A stretch of DNA of 63,241 bases, filler included, from Octopus bimaculoides (taxonomy: Eukaryota), in assembly GCF_001194135.2 (NCBI RefSeq). It is 7 parts of 5 records of this genome, joined end to end, with 100 filler letters (N's around TTAATTAATTAA, not from the genome) between each part and the next. Parts side by side here need not be neighbours in the genome. Positions count along the whole stretch, not along the records: positions 9,946 to 21,205 come from NC_068990.1; positions 21,306 to 28,143 come from NC_068999.1; 5 more parts are not named here. One strand, written 5' to 3'. The notes beneath the pieces are model-generated. The model was not told where the DNA came from. It searched no databases and saw nothing but the letters and a program-made list of their open reading frames with translations. Position 1 is the stretch's first letter; each line of letters begins with the position of its first letter. Positions 11,943-23,420 of this stretch are shown in pieces. The position numbers were made by a program, and so were the translations under genes.

Positions 11943-11984
<42 letters not shown>

Positions 11985-12310
11985 TGATGATGATGGTGAC
12001 GATAATGGTGGTGGTGATGATTGTGATACTGATGGTGGAAATTGTAGTGTTGGTAAAAATGATGGAGGCGGTGATGGCAACAGTAGGATGATAGTGGCGG
12101 CGGTGGTAGTGGTAGTGGTTCTCATAATAGCGATAATACCTTGACGATCACGCTAATAGCAGTGGTAGTGGTGGTGGTGGTAGTGGTGGTGCTAGTGGCA
12201 GCGGTGGCGGTGGCGGTGGCGGTGGTGGTAAAGATGACGACAACGTCATAGTCGACATCATCGCCACCATTATCCCCCTCCTCCTCCTCATCATCCTCAT
12301 CATCATCTTC
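11800..12310. repeat. Compound trinucleotide microsatellites (GAT, GGT, GAC, CAT)
   Basis: Seen directly. Confidence 0.95.
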
Positions 12311-12939
12311 ATCATCATACCTTCCATTGGTCCGTAACCTTCCCAGACATCCATTCATCATTCACACACAACCTAGACAACCAAACGCCAAACCTGTACC
12401 AATTTCATTGACGTGGATCCTCCAATGGCGCCACACCATTCATGACTCTTTCGACAAGAAACAACTCAATCATTATACGTATCAACGAAACATCATAGCC
12501 ACATTTCGTCCCCTAAAGCATCAGCAGAGATCATGTCTAAGAGGACAGGTGGCATGACGCAACTAGAGATATCACAGTCACTCCTAGTATTGGGCCTTAC
12601 TATCACAGAGGTTCTCTCCTGGCTAAAGCACATCTTTTAACAGACGATGATCTCATCCCAAAAACTAGCTTTTCCCTTTAGGACCAAAAGATATTTCAAC
12701 CAATATCGGCATTTTGTACTGACGACGAATAGACAATTTCATTGGAAAGTGTTGATTTAGAAACTATATAGTCTACAGATAACCGAGGTAATTACAATTT
12801 TCACTGGTCTCACCCGCCTGTTTTTGCTCCGCTGAATCTTTCTTTGAGAATTTTTTAAGTGATCTTTTTCTAGCACATTAACAGACCACTTAGTGGTCTC
12901 TTTTATATACACAAGTATATATATATGTATATATATATA

Positions 12940-13140
12940 TATGGGAGAATATACAAATAATAACAACAGACGAGGACAGGTGGTGTAAATAACAAAAGTA
13001 TATATTAGTATGACGCTCGGGAATACGGAAAGTCTTTGACGTTTCGAGCTACGCTCTTCAACAGAAAGAATACGGAGACAAGGAGAAAAACACGGAGAAA
13101 AAAAATTGAATAGTGTTCAGTCAACGGTCAATCATAATAT
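12940..13140 (-). mobile_element. Dispersed repeat resembling a Penelope-like terminal repeat; carries a hammerhead-like motif
   Basis: The reverse complement aligns with 39165-39330 (ttctgttgaagagcgta(a)gctcgaaacgt...cccgagcgt.atactaata...cacctgtc.tcgtct). Confidence 0.6.
13033..13069 (-). ncRNA. Minimal type I hammerhead-ribozyme-like variant
   Basis: 5'-UCUUU CUGUUGA A GAGC-GUA-GCUC GAA ACGU C AAAGA-3': stem I UCUUU/AAAGA, stem II GAGC/GCUC, palindromic ACGU stem III and a GUC cleavage triplet. The core is non-canonical (A6U plus an extra A). Confidence 0.5.
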
Positions 13141-13325
13141 ANNNNNNNNNNNNNNNNNNNNNNNNNNNNNNNNNNNNNNNNNNNNNNNNNNNNNNNNNNN
13201 NNNNNNNNNNNNNNNNNNNNNNNNNNNNNNNNNNNNNNNNNNNNNNNNNNNNNNNNNNNNNNNNNNNNNNNNNNNNNNNNNNNNNNNNNNNNNNNNNNNN
13301 NNNNNNNNNNNNNNNATATATATAT

Positions 13326-13405
<80 letters not shown>

Positions 13406-13410
13406 GTAGG

Positions 13411-13456
<46 letters not shown>

Positions 13457-13755
13457 TGTATGTATATGTGTGCGTGTGTATGCATGTATGTATGCGTGTG
13501 TTATATATATATATATATATATATATACGTACATACATATACATACAAGTACAGAAATGCAAAGACACACACGCACACACAAAGCAAAAACAACACACTA
13601 GGGACAACAACAACAGCAAAATGCATCCACATGGTGTGCGAGCAATGGTAGGAACAGTTCTGCAAATAAAGCAATTAGATAACTAACAACAACATTGACA
13701 GAATTTCCTTAGAACTTTCAACTCATGTGTTCGACGTTTTTTCAGCACTCGCACG

Positions 13756-13804
<49 letters not shown>

Positions 13805-14339
13805 GCTTAGGCATATGTGTGTGTACGTGTATGTATGTATATATATATAATGTGTGTGTGTATATATATATAGTACATGCTACGGGAACTCCAAAGTAAC
13901 ATGCTACTCGACACCCCTCCACACACGCATATATATGTATATATATGTATATATGTTTGTCTGTGTCTGTGTATGTGTGTATATATAATATGGACATATA
14001 AATGCACATACATTATACACATGTATATGTATTTTATACATATGTGTGTGTGCGTGTCATTCCTTGTGCATTTGTGTGTCAGTCTGTGTGTGTGTCTATG
14101 TGTGTGTGTCTGTGTGTGGAGAGAGAGACACACACAGAGAGGGAGAGAAAGAGAGAAAGAGAAAGGGTAGATCACACCTTTTCAACAAACATTAAAACCG
14201 ATATTGATACGTAATTGCTAGCCTCAATTCATAACTATTTCCTTATTGACCAGAGATACACATGATTACTTAATTGGAACAATTTTAAATTGAATTATAT
14301 AGTGACTTATAAACCTTCTAATTAATTGAGGCTAACTGC

Positions 14340-14690
14340 ATAAGCAAGAAATGCTAACACATGCCTCGTTAGTCATGTGATGCACAAGACAACATATATG
14401 TCAAGGAAGTCACCTCCTCTGAATCAAATCTTGATGAAGTGCGTAAAGACTATACAGATACGATAAGAAGTAAATTTAAACAAAGTTACATCAATCATAC
14501 TTCTTCCTTCAGGCACTTAGAAAAAAAGAAGGTTATAAAATTGACCAGTTACACTTTTCAAGATGCTTATAACATCAACTGGAAGATTCTAGATGGAAGT
14601 AATCTATATAAAAACGGGATTGGGAACTGCGATTTATTTGCTTCTGGAGGTTTTCACTTCATAATATCCTCAAATTTATAGCGCCGTACA
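14340..14690 (+). mobile_element. Penelope-like element GIY-YIG endonuclease C-terminal fragment
   Basis: FKQSYINHTSSFRHLEKKK...YNINWKILDGSNLYKNGIGNCDL; homologous to the better-preserved copy at 62790-63061. Confidence 0.7.
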
Positions 14691-14759
14691 CACACATACA
14701 TTAATTCATAAATGCATACACACATACACACATTTCTTTTTCTGAAAATTCTAGCTTAT

Positions 14760-15670
14760 ACAGATTGCCACTTAGGTATTTACTCATATAACCAAATGCA
14801 CCATTCATTATTGGTTAAAATGTGAATTTATAATCTGGATACAGTTGTTCATAGTTATCGTCTTTCTCTTTGATTTTCGAAGAGGTATTCACATCAGCAG
14901 GGTATGTAACCGCTATGGTGGTACATACTGTTTTTTGTTTGTCCCAAAACAACAATATACGGCCTGTTATGTATACATTTACTGAAGTTTTGATGGGAAT
15001 GTTTCACCAATATTCGTTGTGTTGATGCTTGTTTACGTATTCAATAACGGGGGCATTCTCTCTATTTATTTCAGGATAGTCCTTCTTTTATGAATAGCAC
15101 TGTATACTGTATTAGCGACAAAATCGTATCGCATAGGGAGGCAGAACTTTAGTGATATTTTTGAGCAGTTACTAAGCGTATGTGTGATGTCTTCCACATG
15201 ATGTATGACATCTCAAAGCGCCATGGATATCATTGTCTCTTTTGTTTGCTAAGTGTTTTACGGAAATCTCCTGTTCTTGGATAGCAAATACATAACCTTC
15301 GAAATGAGATGTGATGTAACGATCACGAGTCTACGAGAGGCTCTACTTCATGTCAATATTTATGTTTTCTTCAAGTCTTCGGGAAACGTAGCCATGAATA
15401 ATCACTTTTTTTTATATATAAAGTGTTGCACATACAGGAATGTTCGACCAGCAGTTTAGGGGTTCTATTGGAGGTCATCAGGAGGAGAGCACTTCCTCAA
15501 GTGCTCACTGCTGAGACGTAGGATGTTCTCTTCGTTTTTCAGCGAAGTTTATGTATTTATTTTTGCTGTTAATGTTTAGCTGTTTGAAAGAGACTCTACG
15601 ATATTCGAAGGCTGTGTGTACTGGTCTCAAACTTCTACTTCCTTCATCTCTTCACAGTTAGACCCCTGTC
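14760..15670 (-). mobile_element. Degenerate RLE-type LINE fragment (RT C-terminus, CCHC knuckle, endonuclease)
   Basis: Broken frames give a GRGL-like motif, CHTSVEDITHTLSNCSKISLKFCLPMRYDFVANTVYSAI, HNRPYIVV and YPADVNTSSKIKEKDDNY. Confidence 0.7.
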
Positions 15671-15689
15671 AATATTATTGTTTCTGGGG

Positions 15690-15731
<42 letters not shown>

Positions 15732-16689
15732 CTGCAGTATACGTCTTGAGAGAACCACTCGAGGCGCATACTGCAGTATTTGGCGTTCTAAAAATTAATT
15801 CATGTTAAGTTGGAAATAATTGTTTTCTTTATTTTGGTATTTGCACTGCTTGCGTCGCTAATATATATATGTGTGTGTGTTTGTGTGGTGCGTGTGTCTG
15901 TATGTATATGTATGAATGTATGTTTGTAGGTATGTATGTATGTATGTATGTATGCATGTATGCATGTATGTATGTGTGTATGTATGTATATAAATTCACA
16001 CACAATCAAACGCACACACAAGCGCCCGCAGCTGCTTGGCTGCATTTTCTCGTATTTTCATAGCTACTTGTATGTTCATGAACGTATAGCCTTTTAAGTG
16101 TGTGTGTGTGTGTGTGTGTATACGTGTGTGTGTGTGTGTGTGTATTATAAATACATGCACATATTGTACGTACACACATACATACTTATATATGCATTCG
16201 TGTGTGTTAATCTATTAAGGATTCGGCGTGTTTATACAGATATGTGTATGTAATAATGCCTGCGGCTAACGATGTTACTTTTTATAAGCAGAAGTCTACG
16301 TAGCTCTTTGATTTTATATATGCGTTTTATGTGTGTATATTTGTGAGTACATCTGTTTATGTCTCTGTGTGTTAGGAGGAGAGAGACACAGAGAGAGAGT
16401 GTGTGTGTGTTCGTATGCATACGTTTGAATGTATGCGTGCGAGAGGTAACGCAATGCAGCGGTGGAATGTGTGTGAATAAGTTTGTGAATGATTGTGTAT
16501 GAAAATGTTAGGGACTTGTTTTAAGTCTTAACAGATTGTTGTGAAGACCAGCATGGTGCACTGCTTTGTTTTCATTACAATCACGTAATACAATTTAAAT
16601 GTTCCAGATTTCGTTTTACTAAAATTTACCGAAATGTCTACAAACAATGCTTATGTTGACCTAGACAATGTAGAATAAATATGGTGGCC

Positions 16690-17030
16690 TACAATTGCAG
16701 TTTATAATTACCTTTGGTATTTACATATTTACAATCTACTATTACAGTTTGCAGTTTATAATTTCAGTTTACAATTACGGTTTTGACTTAATAATTATAG
16801 CTGACAACTGCAGTTTGCAATCACAGATTTTGAAATTAGAGTTTATAATTACGGTTTACTGTCTATATCTAGTTTGTAATTTCAATTTACAGTTTGAATT
16901 ACAGTTTTAAATTATGAAAAGGACGTAAATTACATCTTATAAATACAGTTTTACTTGCAATTGCAGGTGAATTTCATTTTGCAGTTTATATAATAGTTTA
17001 TAGATTATAATTAAAAATACAGGTGTGAAA
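16690..17030. repeat. Degenerate AT-rich minisatellite built on ataattacagttt-like units
   Basis: Repeated ttacagttt / gcagttt(t)ataatt motifs. Confidence 0.6.
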
Positions 17031-17286
17031 GTTTGTTATCATAGCTGATTTCATAATATTATATTACGCGTGTGCGTGTGTATGTATGTATGTATGTGTC
17101 AGCCCAATTACTAGATCAAAGCAAAATGTACCCTTCATGAACATTAGCAAGCACTTAGAATGCAGCAAAACGGCTTGTGTTCAAGCAGGGAATCTTTACC
17201 AAACCACTGGCCAATAGAAAGATCGGCAAAGATCGGTCAATACAAAGATCAGCTCCAAGAAAAACAACAGTACAGATGGATCGGTG

Positions 17287-17330
<44 letters not shown>

Positions 17331-18308
17331 NNNNNNNNNNNNNNNNNNNNNNNNNNNNNNNNNNNNNNNNNNNNNNNNNNNNNNNNNNNNNNNNNNNNNN
17401 NNNNNNNNNNNNNNNNNNNNNNNNNNNNNNNNNNNNNNNNNNNNNNNNNNNNNNNNNNNNNNNNNNNNNNNNNNNNNNNNNNNNNNNNNNNNNNNNNNNN
17501 NNNNNNNNNNNNNNNNNNNNNNNNNNNNNNNNNNNNNNNNNNNNNNNNNNNNNNNNNNNNNNNNNNNNNNNNNNNNNNNNNNNNNNNNNNNNNNNNNNNN
17601 NNNNNNNNNNNNNNNNNNNNNNNNNNNNNNNNNNNNNNNNNNNNNNNNNNNNNNNNNNNNNNNNNNNNNNNNNNNNNNNNNNNNNNNNNNNNNNNNNNNN
17701 NNNNNNNNNNNNNNNNNTATATATAAATACGCACCCACACGTGCGCAATATTGCGTGTTGTCATTTTGCAAACATTGATTTGAACGCCTTTAATTTATAA
17801 GATATGCTTTTGCGGTTAATTTTCATGAAAGCTATGAATCAAGAGAAACTATGTTTCTGTGTTAAGTATTAGCAAAAAAAACCTTACTCAGCGCAAAAGC
17901 TAAGTACCAGATAAATATTTTGCATACTGTGGCCCAAAAATGTTCAGTAGCAGTAGATATCTTATATCTAATTGACAACGAAAGCAACACAATTTCATAG
18001 CTCTCGTTTAAGTGGGCTGCAAAAGAGAAAGGCCGTTTCTTCTATGTCCATTAGTGCTTGCGTCAATTCTTTTCGATTTTAATCGGATGTATATGAAGCT
18101 GAAATACATGATATTGTATTTCTATTTGTTATGTTCACGGCGGTGCCCCAGCATGGCCACAGCAGATGAGCTGAAACTAGATAAAATGGAAAAAAAATGA
18201 AATGAAAAAAAGTATATTGTTTATGTATTAACTAATTTATGCCACACATGTACAAATATATGTGCTTGAGCGCATGTGTGTGTTTGTCCGTGTGTGTATG
18301 TGCGAGTG

Positions 18309-18352
<44 letters not shown>

Positions 18353-18360
18353 CACATGTA

Positions 18361-18563
18361 TTAGGTTGGTGCATAATTATTGCGGCTTTTTTCAATAAAT
18401 TTTATTCAACAAAAACAATAGCAAGATTTAACAAAAACATCTTTAAATGCTTATTCCGGAGCATATTTATCATCTACTTAAATTTCTGCTTGGCGTTTTG
18501 TTTAAATTTTTTGTTGAATAAAATTTATTGATAAAAAGCCGCAATAATTATGCACCAACCTAA
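18361..18563. mobile_element. Mariner-derived MITE (Hsmar1/MADE-like TIRs), TA target duplication
   Basis: TA-TTAGGTTGGTGCATAATTATTGCGGCTTTTT...AAAAAGCCGCAATAATTATGCACCAACCTAA-TA; inverted arms extend to about 55 bp. Confidence 0.9.
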
Positions 18564-18615
18564 TATGTGTGCGTGTATGCAAATATATATAGAGAGATCC
18601 ACAAATATGTATGTG

Positions 18616-18680
<65 letters not shown>

Positions 18681-18733
18681 ATAGAAAGGTCAACAAAAGA
18701 AAGAGACCTCGATATTATGTAAATAGAGGAATT

Positions 18734-18970
18734 TATCTGTAAAAATATGTGACACTTATTCGGTAGCCATGATAAAACTCCGAGTTTCGGATGCCGGGGT
18801 GGGAACCCACGCTGCCACCTCTTCAGTTATCCGGCCATTGCAAATTTCTCAGTTCCAAATTTTCAATGGCCGGATAACTGAAGAGATGGTGGTGTGGGTT
18901 CCCACCCCGGCATCCGAAACTCGGAGTTTTATCATGGCTACCGAATAAGTGTCACATATTTTCACAGATA
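18734..18970. repeat. Foldback: 114-bp inverted arms separated by a 9-nt spacer
   Basis: 18734-18847 is the reverse complement of 18857-18970 with about 6 mismatches. Confidence 0.95.
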
Positions 18971-19691
18971 TATATATATGTATATATATATACAGAGAGA
19001 CAGACAGAAGGGGAGAGAGAAGCAGAGAGAGAGACATGGTAGTACCCGCAAAAATGACGGAGTTCATTTGTTTATTTGAGCATAGAATATATTATGCAAA
19101 CATGAATTATGCATAATGGTTGTAGCTAAATCTACAATATCGTGCCTGGTTGACCCCGAACTTGAAAAAAAAGGACACCATATAACGGGCTGGCATGGAA
19201 AAGGAGAAACACAGAAAATGCTTTGTGGTGGATAATATACGGACATAGGAGGAAATTGATCTCTCTCCCTCTCTTTCAGTCTGTATGTCTCTCTCTCTCT
19301 CTCTCTCCCTTTCTCTATCTTACGCGTGCGTGTCATAGCGTTGCACGTGTGTGCGCGTGAGTATCATTTACCGATGTATATCAGCAAAAAGATATAAAGA
19401 TAATGAGAAAACAAACTAACTGGTGCTTTCGAACAAAAGCACCGTGTGATATTTCCGTTTTTTGGAAAGTTTAGATTTTGAGCCGAAGCAGTCTCGGTTT
19501 GGTTACTGCTCATTCCCATCTCTTCCTTTCACTCCTACACTGGGCAGTAAAACACATCCTCCTCCAGCTACATGTCTCTATTACTTCTGGGAGGAAAACT
19601 GAGACCAACAAACACAAGCGTATGATACATCGCTTGGTGTTTCATTATTACATTGATATATGTATGTATATGTGTTCTGGCTCTCCGTCGG

Positions 19692-19991
19692 TTACGACGA
19701 CGAAGGTGCAAGTTGATCGGGTCAACGAAACAGCTTGCATTTGAAATTAATGGGCAAATGGCTAAGCAAGCCATAGACAAGCGTAACGTAGTTCTCTGCG
19801 AGATTCAGCGTGACACACAGTGTGACAAGGCTGGCCCCTTTGAATTACAGGTACAACTCATTTTTGCCAGCTGAGAGGACTGGAGCAACGTGAAATAAAG
19901 TGTCTTGCTCAAAGACACAACATGACACCAGGAATTGAACTCACGTCCATACGACCGTGAGTCGAATGCCCTAACCACTAAGCCACGTGCC
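19692..19991 (-). mobile_element. SINE family C (tRNA-like head plus gtgtc(c/t)ttgagcaagacactttatttcacgttgctccag block)
   Basis: Minus strand ggcacgtggcttagtggttagggcattcg...gagttcaattcc has A- and B-box-like motifs; related copies at 29523 and 57504. Confidence 0.85.
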
Positions 19992-20087
19992 TTACTGGAT
20001 ATACGTTAATAGTGTGTACATGCAAGTGTATAATTGTATGTGCGTGCGTGAGTGGTGTGTGCATGTATGTTTGTGTGTGTGAGTGTG

Positions 20088-20535
20088 CCTTAGCGATATT
20101 TCGTCTGACGCTACGTTCTGAGTTCAAATTCCGCTGAGGTCGACTTTGTCTTTCATCCTTTCGGGTCGATTAAATAAGTACCAGTTATGCACTGGGGTCG
20201 CTGTAATCGACTTAATCCCTTTGTCCGTCCTTGCTTGTCCCCTCTATGTTTAGCCTCTTGTGGGCAATAAAGAAGTAAGAAGTTGGGTTTTATTCTTTAA
20301 AGCCAGGAAATATTTTATTATTACAAAAGTCAAATAATAGAGCGAATTGCGGGAATCGTTACTACGCCGGACAAAATGCTTCGCGGCATTTCATCCTTCT
20401 CTACGTCCTCAGTTCAAATTCCATCGAGGTTGACTTTGCCTTTCATCCTTTCGGGGTCGATGAAATAAGTTCCAGGGTTGATGTAATCGACTTATCCCCA
20501 GCCCCGAAATTGCTGGCCTTGTGCCAAAATTTGAA
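20088..20535 (+). mobile_element. SINE family B, two adjacent copies
   Basis: gagttcaaattccgctgaggtcgactttg (about 20120) and cagttcaaattccatcgaggttgactttgcc (about 20410). Confidence 0.85.
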
Positions 20536-22399
20536 GACATTATTACAAAAGTGAAACGATTCTATGCCAAAATAAACAATGAAAAATACATTCTTTTACC
20601 TGTTTACCTGTTGCACTAGTGTTCAGAAATAGAGCCAGTTTCTTGACTCTACTTTCACGGATGATCGGCTCTCAATGATTTGGTTGTCGGGACATACCTT
20701 TTGATATTCAAATGTCAACGTCAGTATCATGAAATTTGAAAAATAAAAGAAGATTCTATGGCAAGGGGAGATGTGAGTTCTGGTGTTTCCCGTAAGGTCA
20801 GTTTTCGTAGAAATGAGAAGAGTATAGTTGTAATATAAAATGTCAATTCTGTTTTTATTTCTTTGAAGAAGAACGGTACTCCGAAAGGTTAAAACATACG
20901 TCACAGCAATCTTTTCTTCCTGATACAAAAACCATCATTAGTTTTCTCAGTAAGAAATTTATTTTTCTGATTTTTCTTTGTTGTTTAGTGAAACAGCTAC
21001 AAAATAAAGTTGCAAAAATACAAATTCAAATCTTTTTATGTGGTTTCCTTCTTTCTAATAATACAAAATGTATTTTGATATGGTTGTTTACAGATCCGAA
21101 AACATCGAAAATAAAAATTAGTTGCAAGAATAAAAGTCAAAAACAAACGCATCTGTTTATTTGATGAAACACACACATATATGTCGAAGTGTTTATATAT
21201 ATATANNNNNNNNNNNNNNNNNNNNNNNNNNNNNNNNNNNNNNNNNNNNTTAATTAATTAANNNNNNNNNNNNNNNNNNNNNNNNNNNNNNNNNNNNNNN
21301 NNNNNTTTTTTTTTTTTTTTTTCCTTCCTTCCCCCTCCCAAAAAGAAAAGCTCTACATTGTATTTGTCCCATCTTCGTTGAGCCCTGTGTGGCTAATAAA
21401 AGAAATGTATCTATCTATCTATTTATCTAAGTACGTATGTGTGTGTATGTCTGGATATATGAAAGTCTCTGTACGTGTATGTGAATGTTTTTGATTCTCA
21501 GTCATTAAAGCTTTCGCTCTTTTTGATGTGTTTAGTATGTATTCTATGAATATACACAGGCTACGCACGCACACTTACACATACACATACACACACACGC
21601 ATACACACAGCACAGCACACACTATCTCAACGTTGAGTGTAATGCTAAATTGTAAAAATACATTAACTGCCGTTTCCACTCACATAACTTCTATTCTAGA
21701 GAAGAGGCTTTTTCTGACAATGAATCCCAATTACTTAGAAGCGAAAGCGAAAAAAAAAAAAGTAAAAAATAAAAATTAAATAAATATAAAACAAAACAAA
21801 AATAGATAAATGAAAACTTGAATACCGATGCGCATTGTTTAGGTAATAGATGCGTAGACAATTGACTCTGGGATTTTAGTCGTTTAGAATTAATGAAATT
21901 CTCTTCATCTTGCGTTAGTTCTAAACCTATGACGTTTATGCTTCTATGTGACCGTTCTAAGCAACTATTAAGGGCTGAATGATTGTAAGAATAGCGTTAG
22001 CTAGACAATGAATGTCGTATAATAAAATATCTTTGAGAATAGAATGAAGTTATCGTTCGTATTTAACGTGTATATAAATATTAATGAAAGTTAATCAACG
22101 TCAGCTAAATGATTAAACTGGAAATTCAAGTTAGGTAAATGGACGCCATTATCGCCTGATACTTTCCATATTGTGTATTACTATAACACTGTAATTGTTA
22201 TAAGTAATATGTATGGTGACATATAGACCCCCTTAACCTTCTCTCATGCCCCCTCTGTTTTTCTCACTTTCTCTCTATGAATCCATTTAAATATCCCACT
22301 ATCAGTTCGTCTATATATCGTTTTATCTATCTAACTACTTTATGTATAAGTGATGGGTATCCACATGGATATATAATGTATATATACATATATATATAC

Positions 22400-22508
<109 letters not shown>

Positions 22509-23254
22509 CGTACATGTATGTTGTGCTTATCCGAATATATGCAACCATGATATTATTCAACATTCCGCATTTGCATTTTAAAAATCAATATTATACTGTT
22601 TCATCTTTTTGTTATACTCACCAATATAGTGCTAGCCTCTCTTTAAAAAACATTGTTTCTGTATTTTGATTTAAATTTCTCTTTGTATTTGTCTGCGTGT
22701 GTTTTGTATACATATGCAGTGGTTTGTGTTTGCATGCGTCAACATGTGTTTGTACAAATAGTTAAAATAGGTGTTTTTCTACATTCTTCAAAATATGATA
22801 TACACAAGTAAGAAGACATTGTGATTTATATACTGCTATAGTGTGGCAGAATACTTAACAAATTCGCTTCTCAAACACCTCGTCCCGGTTTCTTGACATT
22901 TGTCATAGACTCGTCTCATGTGTAGATCCACACATCATTTGTACAAGTGAGTTGAAGGAAATGGGCAGACACTTTCAAATGAATTCTCCCTGTAATTCAA
23001 ATTTACAATTTTTTCAAGCACCATATCACTGTGATTTTACCTGCAAGTTACGTTATGGTACACGCGTTTAATTATTCGCTAATTTGCGGAATATGTGATT
23101 TAGTGGATCGAACAACGTCGAATCCAAGTGAGATATATTTCTTCTAAATTCTGATTTAAAAGTGATCGACGTACCGTTAGAAAATTAAAAGCAAATTATT
23201 TTTAATTATTTCAAAATTTGGCGGAATGTCTAAAATTTTAGAATGAAAAGGCTG

Positions 23255-23420
23255 TTAATCAATGGCATCGATACCAGTGTTCAACTGGTACTTATTTAAT
23301 CGACTCCGAAAATATTAAAAGTAAATCAGATTTTAGAAGAATTAGAATTCAGAGCGAAAGAGTCAGAAGAATTACCGCTAAGTATTTTATCTTGTGGGGT
23401 AACGATTCTGCCAGCTTTCT
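23255..23420 (-). mobile_element. SINE family B, degenerate
   Basis: actggtacttatttaatcgac...ccgctaagtatttt...ctaacgattctgccagct. Confidence 0.7.

Noticed and set aside
19070-19190. Minus-strand acceptor plus AATAAA suggesting a terminal exon
   Set aside because: All three frames give short unrecognisable peptides and no upstream exon can be assigned.
19930-19991. tRNA-like sequences at SINE heads (also 29523, 49971, 57504, 61642)
   Set aside because: They keep A/B boxes but have no intact cloverleaf and continue into SINE bodies, so they are not tRNA genes.
22850-22990. Minus-strand frame ENSFESVCPFPSTHLYK*CVDLHMRRVYDKCQ with an in-frame TGA (selenoprotein idea)
   Set aside because: No selenoprotein family motif, no SECIS identified, and no linked exons.
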